A DNA stretch of 64,000 nt from Lentisphaerota bacterium (GCA_016873655.1 VGWI01000002.1:25357-89356), one strand, 5' to 3'. Shown: positions 50,623-61,189, numbered from the stretch's first letter. Notes: generated by a model not told the origin, from the sequence alone. Numbers and translations: made by a program.

Positions 50623-51088
50623 CCGGGCATCCGGTCTGAGAACCAGGTTCGTTCCGCGCAGTAGGATCGCGCAGGGCCTCTTCGGCGCGGCGCCGTGGGC
50701 GGATGTCGTTCTGCTCGTGATCTTCTTCCTGCTCGTGGGCTGGAGCGTCTCGCTCCAGCCTGGCCTGGTAGTCAACCTGCATCCCGCGCCGTTCACCGAC
50801 GGAACTCCGCTGGGCCGGATAGCAGTCATCCTCCCCGGGCCCGGCCAGGGCACGGCGGAACCCGGGGACGAGATGGTGTTCTTCGACGACGAACGCTTCA
50901 GGCTGGGAAGCCCGGCGCAATGTGAACGCCTCCGTCAGATGTTCGCACGGGCGGCGGCAAAACAGAACGACATGAGCCTGATCGTTGTTGCCGACCGCAA
51001 CATCCGGCACGGCACCGTTCTGCAAGTGTTGAACATGGCGCTGGAAGCAGGAATACCGCGCGCAAACCTGGCCGAAAGGGCAGAATGA
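50597..51088 (+). CDS. exbD: ExbD/TolR biopolymer transport protein
   Basis: A single N-terminal TM (VVLLVIFFLLVGW) and a periplasmic ExbD fold. The start is uncertain. Confidence 0.7.
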   Translation: MFLRKPASDRASGLRTRFVPRSRIAQGLFGAAPWADVVLLVIFFLLVGWSVSLQPGLVVNLHPAPFTDGTPLGRIAVILPGPGQGTAEPGDEMVFFDDERFRLGSPAQCERLRQMFARAAAKQNDMSLIVVADRNIRHGTVLQVLNMALEAGIPRANLAERAE

Positions 51089-51825
51089 CACGGGGGGCGG
51101 GCGGAGCGTTGCGGCGCGCGTGGCGGGCGGTTTTCCAGCGGGGAGGGAGGCGCGGCGACACGGTTCTGGCCGTCATGGTCGCACTCTGGATTTCGATCTG
51201 GTTCGTCTGGCCTTCGCCGCCCCGGAGCCGGGCGCCCGCGGCCCTGCCGGCCCCGCGCGTGTCGCTCGTGCAACTGCCGCGCGAACAGGGCCTCGTCTAC
51301 ATGGGACCGACATTGTTCGGCCGCACATCTCCGCTGGGCTTTACAGTCGCCGAAAAGCGCGATTCACGGCCCGGAGAACTTCCTTACCGTCCCTCGACGC
51401 CGACAGCGACGCTGACGAACATTCCCCCGCGCGCCCCTGTCGCGACGCCGCCGGTTTTCGCGCCCGAGATTGCTCTCCCTGACAGAGCGGCATGGAGCCT
51501 GCGCATGGCCCCGGAACAGGACGCTTTTGCACTGACGGAGCCACCAGCCCACGGCTTGCACGTCGTCCTGCGCGGCGCCCTCAAGGAATTCGACTTGCGC
51601 GTGCCGCCGTTCCCCGCCAGCATTACCAACCGTCAGACACTGGCGTGGAACATCCGCGCCTACGTGGAAACGGATGACGAAGGCAAGGCCCGCAACGTGT
51701 TCGCGGAGGCATCCTCGGCGGAACCGTGGGTCAGGGCTGAGGTGATCCGCACGCTGCAGGCGTCGCGCCTGGCAAAGCCGGCCCCGCCGTGCGCCGGTCG
51801 CGTCGAGGTGGGTTACGAGCCGTAA
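51085..51825 (+). CDS. TonB-like energy-transducer protein (Pro-rich periplasmic linker)
   Basis: An N-terminal TM, a Pro/Ala-rich linker and a C-terminal domain, in the exbBD context. The domain assignment is weak. Confidence 0.45.
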   Translation: MTRGAGGALRRAWRAVFQRGGRRGDTVLAVMVALWISIWFVWPSPPRSRAPAALPAPRVSLVQLPREQGLVYMGPTLFGRTSPLGFTVAEKRDSRPGELPYRPSTPTATLTNIPPRAPVATPPVFAPEIALPDRAAWSLRMAPEQDAFALTEPPAHGLHVVLRGALKEFDLRVPPFPASITNRQTLAWNIRAYVETDDEGKARNVFAEASSAEPWVRAEVIRTLQASRLAKPAPPCAGRVEVGYEP

Positions 51826-51862
51826 CCGTTTGCCGGAATCCGGAGCGGAGTAGTACTGAACA

Positions 51863-53170
51863 ATGATCAGAATCGCAAACTGGACCACGCCCGACGGACG
51901 CAGGTCCGCTGAATCGTTCTGCAAGCGGCCCGCGTTCGACGCGGCAGCGGAGAAGACGGCGGCAAGAATTCTCGCCGACGTGCGGCGCGAGGGCGACGAC
52001 GCCGTTCTTCGCTATGCCCGCAAGCTCGACGGCGCGAACCTGAAGGCCGCCGGAATGCGCGTCGAACCGGAGGCGTTCACGAGAGCCGCGGCAGCGGTGG
52101 ACAATGATTTCAAAACAGCCGCCCGCGATTCTCTGCACCGCATAACAGCTTTTTCGCACAAAGGCATGCGGCCCGACTGGATAATGCCGAGCCCGCGCGG
52201 CGGCCGCCTCGGCGAAAAGTTCACGCCGCTTGACCGCGTGGGCGTCTATATTCCGGCGGCGGAAGCGCCCCTGGCTTCCACCGCGCTTATGACCGCGGCC
52301 ATCGCGCGTTGCGCAGGCGTGCGTGAAATCGTCGCCTGCACGGCTGCAATCCGCGGCATGGACGTCAATCCCTACGTGCTGTTCGCCCTTAAACTCGCCG
52401 GCGCAACGGAGGTGTACAGGGTCGGTGGAGTGCAGGCCATTGGGATGATGGCGTACGGGACGGACACGGTGCGGCCGGTCCAGAAGATAGTCGGTCCCGG
52501 CGGCGCGTACGTGACGGCAGGCAAGAAACTCGTGTACGGCACGGTCGCACTGGACCTCGTGGCGGGGCCGAGCGAAATAGCGGTTCTTGCCGACGCCGCC
52601 GCAAACCCCCGCATCGCCGCGGCGGACCTGCTCTCGCAGATCGAACACGGGACCGGCAACGAGAAGGCGTTGCTCGTCACCACTTCCGCGTCCGTCGCGA
52701 AAAGGACGGCAACGGAACTGGAGCGCCAGAGCCGCAGCCTTTCCCGCAGCGCGGCAATCCGCCGCAACATGCGCGGCGGCGTTCTGATCGTGATCGTGCC
52801 GGACATGGAGACAGGCGTCGAGATCTGCAACACGTTCGCTCCGGAACACCTGGAACTGCTCGTCCGCCGCCCGATGGCATGGCTGCGCCGCGTGCGCTGC
52901 GCTGGCGCCGTGTTCGTAGGGCCATGGACGCCGGAATCGGCCGGCGACTTCGCCGCCGGCCCCAGCCACGTCCTGCCGACCGGCGGAACCGCGCGCATGT
53001 TCTCGGGTCTCACGGTGGACGATTTCCGCAGGCGAACCAGCTTCATGGCACTCACCCGCGCTGACCTCGAGGAAATGCTTCCGACTATCGAGGCGTTCGG
53101 AAGGGTCGAGAGGCTCGACGGACACGCCATGTCCGCGCGGCTGCGGTTCGAAGAGGGCGCGAAGGAATGA
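51863..53170 (+). CDS. hisD: histidinol dehydrogenase
   Basis: HisD motifs, including EHGTGNEKALLVT and PEHLEL. Confidence 0.9.
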   Translation: MIRIANWTTPDGRRSAESFCKRPAFDAAAEKTAARILADVRREGDDAVLRYARKLDGANLKAAGMRVEPEAFTRAAAAVDNDFKTAARDSLHRITAFSHKGMRPDWIMPSPRGGRLGEKFTPLDRVGVYIPAAEAPLASTALMTAAIARCAGVREIVACTAAIRGMDVNPYVLFALKLAGATEVYRVGGVQAIGMMAYGTDTVRPVQKIVGPGGAYVTAGKKLVYGTVALDLVAGPSEIAVLADAAANPRIAAADLLSQIEHGTGNEKALLVTTSASVAKRTATELERQSRSLSRSAAIRRNMRGGVLIVIVPDMETGVEICNTFAPEHLELLVRRPMAWLRRVRCAGAVFVGPWTPESAGDFAAGPSHVLPTGGTARMFSGLTVDDFRRRTSFMALTRADLEEMLPTIEAFGRVERLDGHAMSARLRFEEGAKE

Positions 53171-54198
53171 TCCGCCGCACCGTTACCGGCCTCGCGGCGT
53201 ATGTGCCGGGCGAACAGCCGCGCGACGCCGGTGTCACCAAGCTCAACACGAACGAGAACCCATACCCTCCCTCGCCGGCCGTGGCACGGGCGCTGGCGGC
53301 ATTCGATCCGGCGCGCCTGCGGAAATATCCGGACCCGGTCTCCGGCGCGCTGCGCGCGCGCCTGGCCGACCTGTACTCGTTTTCCGCCGGCTCAGTGTTT
53401 GTCGGCAACGGCTCCGACGAGGTGCTTTCGCTCTGCGTTCGCGTGTTCGTGGATGACGGCGGAACGGTGGGCTACTTCAACCCTTCGTACTCCCTCTACC
53501 CCGTCCTCGCCGACATACGCGGCATCGCGAAGAAGCCGCTCGAACTTGATGCCGACTTCGGATGGGCCATGCCGGCCGACTATGACTGCGACCTGTTCTT
53601 CATCACCTACCCCAACGCGCCGACAGGCACGGTCTTCCCGCGCGCCAGGATCGAGGAGTTCTGCGACCGGACACGCGGGACGGTGGTCATAGACGAGGCC
53701 TACGCCGAGTTCGCGGACGGGGACTGCCTCGAACTGGCGCGCACCCGCCGGAATGTGCTCGTCGCGCGCACGCTTTCGAAATCGTACTCGCTCGCCGGCC
53801 TGCGCGTGGGCTATGCGCTGGGCCCGGCTGAGCTCATCGGGGCGATGGACAAGGTACGCGATTCCTACAACCTGGACGCGCTGTCGCAGGAAGCGGCGCT
53901 GGCCGCGCTGTCGGACGTGGACCACATGCGCCGCAACGCGGCGCGCGTGCGGGCCACACGGCAGCGCATGACCGCGGCGATCGAGGCCATGGGCCACCGC
54001 GTGTGGCCTTCGCAGGCCAACTTCATCTGGGCAAAACCGGCGGGGATCGCCGCGCAGGCCCTGTACGAAAACCTGAAGGCGCGGCGCATATTCGTGCGAT
54101 ACTTCGCGGGACCACGCACGGGCGACTTCGTCAGGATAACCGTCGGCACGGATGCCGAAGCCGACGTTCTTCTCAAGGCCATGGAGGAACTGAAATGA
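53167..54198 (+). CDS. hisC: histidinol-phosphate aminotransferase
   Basis: KLNTNENPYPPSP and a PLP Lys in RTLSKSYSLAGLRVGY. Confidence 0.9.
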   Translation: MIRRTVTGLAAYVPGEQPRDAGVTKLNTNENPYPPSPAVARALAAFDPARLRKYPDPVSGALRARLADLYSFSAGSVFVGNGSDEVLSLCVRVFVDDGGTVGYFNPSYSLYPVLADIRGIAKKPLELDADFGWAMPADYDCDLFFITYPNAPTGTVFPRARIEEFCDRTRGTVVIDEAYAEFADGDCLELARTRRNVLVARTLSKSYSLAGLRVGYALGPAELIGAMDKVRDSYNLDALSQEAALAALSDVDHMRRNAARVRATRQRMTAAIEAMGHRVWPSQANFIWAKPAGIAAQALYENLKARRIFVRYFAGPRTGDFVRITVGTDAEADVLLKAMEELK

Positions 54199-54788
54199 AC
54201 AGGAAACGCAGCGCCGTCGTGCACAGGAAGACGCGCGAGACGGATATACGGATCAGTCTCGACATCGACGGAACCGGCTCATGCTCGGCGAGCACCGGCA
54301 TGCCGTTCATGGACCACATGATCGAGCTGCTGGCGAGACACTCGCTGTTCGACCTGACTCTCAGGGCGCGCGGCGACCTGCAGGTCGATTACCACCATAC
54401 GGTCGAGGATATCGGACTCGCGCTCGGAACGGCGCTGGACAAGGCGCTCGGAACACGGAGGGGAATCCACCGCTACGGCTGGTGCATGGCGGCAATGGAT
54501 GAAAGTCTGGGCAGGGCGGCCGTGGATCTGGGCGGCCGGCCTTACCTTGTCTACGAGATCGCCAACCGGCGCCGCAAGATTCTCGAATTCGATTTGGGCC
54601 TGATCGAGGAGTTCTTCCGCGCGTTCGTCGTGCAGGGGCGGATGAACCTGCACGTTGCGCACATGTACGGCTCCGAACCGCACCACGCATACGAGAGCGT
54701 GTTCAAGGCGGCGGCGCGGGCGCTGCGCATGGCATGCGCGCTGGACCCGCGCGAGAAGGGACTCCCGTCGAGCAAGGGCAAGATCTGA
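54195..54788 (+). CDS. hisB: imidazoleglycerol-phosphate dehydratase
   Basis: The ATG overlaps the hisC stop. RKTRETDI, DHMIELL and HHTVEDIGLALG are IGPD motifs. Confidence 0.9.
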   Translation: MNRKRSAVVHRKTRETDIRISLDIDGTGSCSASTGMPFMDHMIELLARHSLFDLTLRARGDLQVDYHHTVEDIGLALGTALDKALGTRRGIHRYGWCMAAMDESLGRAAVDLGGRPYLVYEIANRRRKILEFDLGLIEEFFRAFVVQGRMNLHVAHMYGSEPHHAYESVFKAAARALRMACALDPREKGLPSSKGKI

Positions 54789-54800
54789 AGAAAGGACGAG

Positions 54801-55538
54801 ATGCCGCAGTTCACCATATACCCCGCGATAGACCTCAAGGACGGCAGATGCGTGAGACTCAGGCAGGGCCGTGCGGACGACGCCACCGTGTATGCCAACG
54901 ACCCCGTCCAGGCGGCGCTGCACTGGAAAGAACTGGGCGCCAGGCGCCTCCACGTTGTTGACCTTGACGGCGCCTTCAGGGGAGAACCGGTGCACACGGA
55001 AATCGTCAGGCGCATCGTTGACGCCATCGGCATTCCAGTCCAGCTCGGCGGAGGGCTGCGGACCGACGCCGATATCGAAAAGGCGCTCGCGGCGGGCGTC
55101 GGAATGGCGATCATTGGCACACGGGCTCTGGCGTCGGCCGACACGATCCGCGCCATGGCGCGGCGGTTCGGGGAGCGGCTGGCTGTCGGGATAGACGCGC
55201 GGAACGGGCTTGTGCAGGTGAAGGGCTGGGTGGAAACAACGGGGCGCACGGCGCTGGATCTCGCACGGGAAGCCGACGCCGAAGGCGTGCGCGCGATCAT
55301 CTGCACAGACACCGCGACCGACGGCATGATGCGCGGCCCCAATATCCCGGGCATGGACGCGGTATGCGCGGCCGTATCGTGCGATGTGATAGCATCCGGC
55401 GGAGTGTCCTCCCTCGACGACATCCGCAGGCTGCTGGCGCTGAAGCGCCCGAACCTCTCCGGGGCGATCGTGGGCAAGGCTCTCTACGAGGGGGCAGTGA
55501 CCCTCCCGGATCTCAATGCAGCGGCGGAGGAAGGCTGA
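54801..55538 (+). CDS. hisA: 1-(5-phosphoribosyl)-5-[(5-phosphoribosylamino)methylideneamino]imidazole-4-carboxamide isomerase
   Basis: IYPAIDLKDGRCVRL and a (beta/alpha)8 HisA signature, VGGGIRS-like GGGLRT. Confidence 0.85.
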   Translation: MPQFTIYPAIDLKDGRCVRLRQGRADDATVYANDPVQAALHWKELGARRLHVVDLDGAFRGEPVHTEIVRRIVDAIGIPVQLGGGLRTDADIEKALAAGVGMAIIGTRALASADTIRAMARRFGERLAVGIDARNGLVQVKGWVETTGRTALDLAREADAEGVRAIICTDTATDGMMRGPNIPGMDAVCAAVSCDVIASGGVSSLDDIRRLLALKRPNLSGAIVGKALYEGAVTLPDLNAAAEEG

Positions 55539-55539
55539 A

Positions 55540-56820
55540 GTGAATGTTGAACGCACCGATCTCCCGAATGGCGTGCGCGTGATATCCGCGCGAATGCCGT
55601 CGGTTCAAAGCGCCAGCATCGGCCTGTGGGCAGGCGTCGGGGGCCGCCACGAGCCGGCGGCCGCGTGCGGAATCAGCCACTTCATCGAGCACATGCTCTT
55701 CAAGGGAACGGCGTCGAGGTCGGCAAGGCAGATATCCATGGCGGTCGAGGGCGTGGGCGGCCACCTCAACGCGTTCACACAGGAGGAATGCACCTGCTAC
55801 TACGCGCAGGTGCCGTTCGACCACGCCTGGCGCGCTTTTGCGGTGCTGGCCGACATGTACCTGAACGCGGAGTTCAACGGACAGGAGCTCGACCGCGAAC
55901 GCGGCGTCATAATCGAGGAGATCATGATGTATCGCGACGAGCCGCCGCACCATGTGCAGGATCTCCTTACCGAGGCACTGTGGAGAGGCCACCCTCTCGG
56001 GCGCCCCATTTCCGGAAGCCCCGAAACCGTGCGGCGCATTTCGCGCGCGGACATGCTCAAGTACCGGGAACGCTGCTACACCGGCCGCAACACGGTCGCG
56101 GCGTTCGCGGGCCGGGTCGAACACAAGGCATGTGTCGCCGCGGTTGAGCGGTGGCTCTCGGAACTGCCGCCGGGGAAGCGGGCGTCTTTCCGGCCGGCCG
56201 CCGCCGGCATGCCGCAGGATGACGTGCGCATCGTCGGGCGCGACGTGGAACAGAGTCACGCGGCGATCGGAGTCCGGATCTTCGGCAGAAACGATCCCCG
56301 CCGTTTCCCTCTCTCGGTCCTCAACACGATCCTCGGCGGCAACATGAGCTCAAGGCTGTTCCAGCGCCTGCGGGAACGGCACGGATTCGCCTATTCGGTT
56401 CACTCCTCCGTGCAGCTCCTTGCAGACAGCGGCGCGCTGGTCATCGAGGCAGGGCTGGACCGCAAACGCGCCGCAAAGGCGCTGACCATGGCGGTGGCAG
56501 AACTGTCCCGCCTCGTGCGCTCCGAACCGGGCCGCGCGGAATTGAAGCGCGCGAAGGACTTCATCATCGGACAGATCAGGCTCGGGCTGGAAAGCACTTC
56601 GCGCCAGATGCTCTGGATAGGCGAGAACCTGGTCTCTCGCGACAGGTTCGTGCCGCCCGCGGAACTTGTGGAGAAGATCGAGGCGGTTGACGCCAGGGCC
56701 GTGCGCGAAGTCGCGCGGGACATATTCACGCGCAACCGCATCTCGCTCGCGATCGTCGGCCCGGAAAGCGCCGCGCCGGACGAGGGCGCCGCCCGGCGCG
56801 TGCTCGATTCAATCGGGTAA
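55540..56820 (+). CDS. M16-family zinc peptidase (pitrilysin/insulinase-like)
   Basis: A GTG start 2 nt after the hisA stop. It has an inverted zinc motif, HFIEHMLFKG (HxxEH), and a downstream E. Confidence 0.8.
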   Translation: MNVERTDLPNGVRVISARMPSVQSASIGLWAGVGGRHEPAAACGISHFIEHMLFKGTASRSARQISMAVEGVGGHLNAFTQEECTCYYAQVPFDHAWRAFAVLADMYLNAEFNGQELDRERGVIIEEIMMYRDEPPHHVQDLLTEALWRGHPLGRPISGSPETVRRISRADMLKYRERCYTGRNTVAAFAGRVEHKACVAAVERWLSELPPGKRASFRPAAAGMPQDDVRIVGRDVEQSHAAIGVRIFGRNDPRRFPLSVLNTILGGNMSSRLFQRLRERHGFAYSVHSSVQLLADSGALVIEAGLDRKRAAKALTMAVAELSRLVRSEPGRAELKRAKDFIIGQIRLGLESTSRQMLWIGENLVSRDRFVPPAELVEKIEAVDARAVREVARDIFTRNRISLAIVGPESAAPDEGAARRVLDSIG

Positions 56821-56837
56821 ACAGGAAGAGGTCGGCC

Positions 56838-57230
56838 ATGAAGGGGAAAAGTCTCTTACTCCTGGTGTTCGGTATCCTTATCCTGGTGAAGGGCGTCTGG
56901 TGCATGGCCGGCCCAGGCTCTATCAAGCGCGCGGCGGCGGCATGGGCTTTCCTGAACGAGAAGCTCCGGCCGGTCATCGTCGGGCTGATGCTGGCGATAT
57001 GCCTCCTGCTCTGGGGAACGGTGCTCGTGTACGACCCTCTCATCGACTGGATGCTCGGCGCGCTCGGGCTCTGGTTCGGCGCGCTGGCCGTGTTGAGCCT
57101 CGATCCGAAACGCATGCGGTCACTGACGGCCGCGACTGCGCTGAACCGCGGGACGGGCCTCATCCGCCTGTTCGGCGCCGCCGGAGCCGCGCTGGCGCTC
57201 TGGATGATATGGGTCGCTGTGAAGTCATAG
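56838..57230 (+). CDS. small hypothetical membrane protein (4 TM)
   Basis: An SD, AGGAAGAGG. It is hydrophobic and 130 aa, with no domain assignment. Confidence 0.45.
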   Translation: MKGKSLLLLVFGILILVKGVWCMAGPGSIKRAAAAWAFLNEKLRPVIVGLMLAICLLLWGTVLVYDPLIDWMLGALGLWFGALAVLSLDPKRMRSLTAATALNRGTGLIRLFGAAGAALALWMIWVAVKS

Positions 57231-57255
57231 TGAGTCCGCAGCGGGAAGAGGATGC

Positions 57256-58827
57256 GTGATGCGGCGTCCGCTTGTCGGCGTTGCCGTGGCCTTTCTGGCC
57301 GGGACGGCAATTGGGCTGAATTCATCCGTCCACATGTCATGGCTTGCCGGCGCGGTCATTCTCTGGGCCGGCGCATTGCTGCTGGCAGGCCGCCGCCGCT
57401 TCAGCGCCGGACCCGGTGATGTGTTTCTCCTGCTGGCCGTATGCGCCTCGGCGGCGGCATCGGCGGCACTGCGCACCGGGGCGGCCGGCGAATGCCGCAT
57501 CGAACCGGCGGCCGGCTCACCCTTGACGGCTGTGTGCGTTGCCGACGGCGAGAAGGTCGCCACCCGCTCCGGGCGCGCCTGCGTGCGGGTTCCGATGCGC
57601 CTCACGGAGCAGACGCCGACCGATCCGGCCGCGCCGCCCGGGACGGAATTCGACCTGCTGCTGTTCGGCTCCTCCGAAAAACCCGTGCCTCTCAGGGGAG
57701 AGACGTGGAGAATCCACCGCGCCCGTGCCGGCCGCGAAACGGCGGGAGGCAAACAGACACTGACGGCCTTCGCCGACTCGGCCTGGCGGGTGAGCCGGGC
57801 CGGGAGAGATATCGTCGGCCTCTGCCACGCCGCACGCCGCGCTGCCGCGCGCCGCCTTGCCGTCGGGATCGAGGATGAGCCCGAAACCGTGGCGGTCATC
57901 AGGGCGCTCATGCTCGGATACCGCGCCGGCATGGATCGCGAAATCGCCGACCTGTTCGCGCTGACCGGGACCCTTCACATCTTCGCCATATCCGGACTGC
58001 ACGTCGCCATACTGGCGGGCCTGCTGACAACCGCGATGAGCGCGCTCCGCGTCTCCCGGCCGCTGTGGGGCATATTCCTCGCCCCGCTTCTCGCCGCATA
58101 CGTCGTCTCCACCGGGGCTTCCCCAAGCGCGCTGCGCGCACTCGCCATGGCGTGCATCTACTGGGCGGCGCCGCTGGCGCACCGCAAGCCGGACGGCGCC
58201 TCCGCACTGGCAGCGGCCGCGGTGATCATACCGGCGGCAGCGCCGGCGCAGGTTGCGGATCCCGGCTTCATCCTCTCATTCACGGCGGTACTCGGAATGA
58301 TCGCGCTCTACCCCGCGCTGGACAGGAGTCTCCCTGGCCGGCTTGAGCCCGACCCGCTCGCGCCCGCCGGACCGCCGTCCCATGCCGACCGCTGGCGGGC
58401 GGCACTGCGGCAGTTGCGCGACCTTGCCATTCTCTCGCTCGCCGCATGGCTGGTGTCGGTGCCGCTGATAGCGTGGTATTTCGGGCGCGTCTCGTTTGCC
58501 GGGCTGCCGGCGAACCTGTTCGTTGTTCCGGGCTCGTTCCTGGTGCTTGTCGGCGGATGCATGTCTCTTCTTGCCGGCCTGGCACACGACTGGTTTGCCG
58601 CGGTCTTCAACTCCGCCAACCTCGGGCTGGTGGGAGGCATGGTCGGGATCGTCCGCTGGTTCGCTTCGTTGCCGGGGGCATGGACGGAGGTGGCGAGGCC
58701 GTCGCCGACGTGGATTGCAGCCTGGTACCTTCTTCTCGCCGGATGGTGCTTCGCGTCGCCGGCCAAAAAACGTGGACAGTCCGCAGGTACAGTGGGAGTA
58801 TTTCCCACTCCCGAAGGAAATGCCTGA
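57256..58827 (+). CDS. comEC: ComEC/Rec2-family DNA internalisation channel protein (no C-terminal MBL domain)
   Basis: Multi-TM, with the competence domain LTGTLHIFAISGLHVAILAG. Confidence 0.7.
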   Translation: MMRRPLVGVAVAFLAGTAIGLNSSVHMSWLAGAVILWAGALLLAGRRRFSAGPGDVFLLLAVCASAAASAALRTGAAGECRIEPAAGSPLTAVCVADGEKVATRSGRACVRVPMRLTEQTPTDPAAPPGTEFDLLLFGSSEKPVPLRGETWRIHRARAGRETAGGKQTLTAFADSAWRVSRAGRDIVGLCHAARRAAARRLAVGIEDEPETVAVIRALMLGYRAGMDREIADLFALTGTLHIFAISGLHVAILAGLLTTAMSALRVSRPLWGIFLAPLLAAYVVSTGASPSALRALAMACIYWAAPLAHRKPDGASALAAAAVIIPAAAPAQVADPGFILSFTAVLGMIALYPALDRSLPGRLEPDPLAPAGPPSHADRWRAALRQLRDLAILSLAAWLVSVPLIAWYFGRVSFAGLPANLFVVPGSFLVLVGGCMSLLAGLAHDWFAAVFNSANLGLVGGMVGIVRWFASLPGAWTEVARPSPTWIAAWYLLLAGWCFASPAKKRGQSAGTVGVFPTPEGNA

Positions 58828-58830
58828 GCA

Positions 58831-60120
58831 ATGAACACCGGAAGCTACATCGCCGCCGCGGCGGCGCTTTGCATGTTGTGCGGAACGCGCGGCCTGTCGG
58901 TGGAAACGCGCGGGAAGCAGGCCTCGACCAACGCCGTCGCGGAGGATCCATACGAAGAGATCGAACGGCTGGCCGAAGTACTGGTCCTCGCGGGCAAGCA
59001 CCATGTCGGAACAAACAGCTTCCACTCGATGGTGGAAGGGGCGCTCGGCGGGTTGATGCGCTCGCTGGACCCATACAGCGACTTCCTTGACTCTGATGCC
59101 TACTCGGACATGCAGTCCGACACTTCCGGCAAGTACAGCGGCATCGGGATACAGATCGGCATGCGCGATGGCGTGCTCACCGTCATCGCCCCGATAGAGG
59201 ATTCTCCCGGCTACCGCGCGGGGTTGATGCAGGGGGACAGGATCATCGACATCGACGGCAAGGATGCGGCAGGCATGTCCCTCAAGAACGCGGTGGACAT
59301 GCTGCGCGGACCGTCCGGCGCGAAAGTGGTCATAAGTGTTCTACGCTCGGGCGAACGCGAGCCGCGAACATTCGAGGTCGTTCGCGAGGAGATATCCGTT
59401 TCCAGCATCAAGGGCGCCCGGATACTCCGCGACGGCGTGGGCTATGTCCGCGTAGCCCAGTTCACGGACCCAACCCACGACAAGCTGAAGGAGGCAATAT
59501 CACGGCTCATCGGCGAAGGCATGGATTCGCTGGTGCTGGACCTGCGCGATAACCCGGGCGGGCTTCTGAAGTCGGCCGTGCAGGTCTGTTCACTCTTTCT
59601 GGACAAAGGCTCGCCAGTCGTCATCACCCGCGGGCGCGAAGGCCCGCGCGGCGAACTCCGCATGGAAACAGCAGCCCGCCCCGCCCACCCGAAGCTGCCG
59701 CTGGTCGTGCTTGTGAACGGAGGGAGCGCGAGCGCATCGGAAATAGTGGCCGGCGCAATGCAGGACCATGGCCGCGCCATCGTTGTGGGAGACACCACTT
59801 TCGGCAAGGGATCGGTGCAGACAATCATTCAGCTTACAACCGATCCGTCCGCGGCCGTGCGGCTTACCACCGCGCACTACCGCACTCCGAAGGACCGCCT
59901 GATACAGGGCAAAGGCATAGACCCGGACATCGTGATCAAGCTGACGCCTGACGAATGGCGCGGCGTCCTTACCGCGCGAGCGCGCATCGAGGCGGCCGGA
60001 CTGCCGGGGACAGGCACAGCACGCGAGGACGAACCTGCAGCCGTTGACCGGCAGCTTGAAAGGGCGGTGGACCTCCTTCACGCAATCCGGGTATTCAACG
60101 GGATCGGCATGCGGCGCTGA
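58831..60120 (+). CDS. ctpA: carboxy-terminal processing peptidase (S41A, CtpA-like)
   Basis: A signal peptide, a PDZ domain (GIGIQIG...GDRIIDIDG) and an S41 core (DLRDNPGGLL, LVNGGSASASEI). Confidence 0.85.
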   Translation: MNTGSYIAAAAALCMLCGTRGLSVETRGKQASTNAVAEDPYEEIERLAEVLVLAGKHHVGTNSFHSMVEGALGGLMRSLDPYSDFLDSDAYSDMQSDTSGKYSGIGIQIGMRDGVLTVIAPIEDSPGYRAGLMQGDRIIDIDGKDAAGMSLKNAVDMLRGPSGAKVVISVLRSGEREPRTFEVVREEISVSSIKGARILRDGVGYVRVAQFTDPTHDKLKEAISRLIGEGMDSLVLDLRDNPGGLLKSAVQVCSLFLDKGSPVVITRGREGPRGELRMETAARPAHPKLPLVVLVNGGSASASEIVAGAMQDHGRAIVVGDTTFGKGSVQTIIQLTTDPSAAVRLTTAHYRTPKDRLIQGKGIDPDIVIKLTPDEWRGVLTARARIEAAGLPGTGTAREDEPAAVDRQLERAVDLLHAIRVFNGIGMRR

Positions 60121-60151
60121 GCCGCTGTCGCGCTGTCCGGCGAAACACAAA

Positions 60152-61189
60152 ATGAACGTTCTTGGCATAGAGACGTCTTGCGATGAAACAGCCGCGGCCG
60201 TGGCCGCGGGTCCTCGCGACATACGCTCGAGCGTCATCTTCAGCCAGGTGGAACTGCACGGCCCGTACGGCGGCGTGGTGCCGGAGATAGCTTCGCGCTG
60301 CCACGTTGATTCCCTGCCGGGCGTTATCGACGAGGCGATGAGAACGTCGGGCATGGCATGGAGCGACCTTGATGCGATTGCGGTGACGCACGGGCCGGGC
60401 CTGGCAAGCTCGCTTCTGGTTGGAATGGCGACGGCCAAGGGACTTGCGCTCCGGCTCGGCATACGGCTCTGTGCTTCGAACCACCTCGAAGGGCACATCT
60501 ACTCGCTGTTTCTTGCCGGTGGCGCGCCGGGAATAGAGGAAGCCTGCCCGTTCGTCGCGCTTGTCGTGTCGGGCGGCCATACCTGCCTCGTGCGGGTGGA
60601 AGGGCTGGGGAAATACGGCCTGCTGGGCCAGACGATCGACGACGCAGCCGGCGAGGCGTTCGACAAGGGCGCCAGCCTGCTCAAACTAGGGTACCCGGGC
60701 GGACCTGTGATAGACCGTGTCGCCAGGGGCGGAAACCCGGGCAGCGTGCGTTTTCCGCGCGGCAGGGTTCGCCCGGGCCCCGGCCTGGAAGGACTGAACC
60801 CGGATCTCTGCTTCAGCTTCAGCGGACTCAAGACCGCCCTGCTCTACCACCTGCGCGACAATCCCGCCGAGGGCAACCCGGCAAGAACCGCCGACGTCGC
60901 GGCAAGTTACCAGCAGGCCATCATCTCCGCGCTCGTGGAGCGATGCGACGCGGCGCTGCGTGACGGCGACCGCTGCATCGGCGCATGCGGCGGGGTATCT
61001 CTCAACAGCGCCCTGCGCGCCCGGCTCGGGGAACTCGCGGCACGCCGCGGCATCCGGCTCCTGCTGGCCGAGCCGAAACACTGCGGCGACAACGCAGCCA
61101 TGATCGCCGGCCTGGCCGCCGCCGGCCGCGGCATCTGGGACGAAACAGCCTTCCTCGCCGACGCCGACCCCAGCCTGCCGGTTTGTTGA
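60152..61189 (+). CDS. tsaD: tRNA N6-adenosine threonylcarbamoyltransferase
   Basis: MNVLGIETSCDETAAAV, with the HxxxH metal-site context HLEGHIYS and GGVSLNSALR. Confidence 0.9.
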   Translation: MNVLGIETSCDETAAAVAAGPRDIRSSVIFSQVELHGPYGGVVPEIASRCHVDSLPGVIDEAMRTSGMAWSDLDAIAVTHGPGLASSLLVGMATAKGLALRLGIRLCASNHLEGHIYSLFLAGGAPGIEEACPFVALVVSGGHTCLVRVEGLGKYGLLGQTIDDAAGEAFDKGASLLKLGYPGGPVIDRVARGGNPGSVRFPRGRVRPGPGLEGLNPDLCFSFSGLKTALLYHLRDNPAEGNPARTADVAASYQQAIISALVERCDAALRDGDRCIGACGGVSLNSALRARLGELAARRGIRLLLAEPKHCGDNAAMIAGLAAAGRGIWDETAFLADADPSLPVC

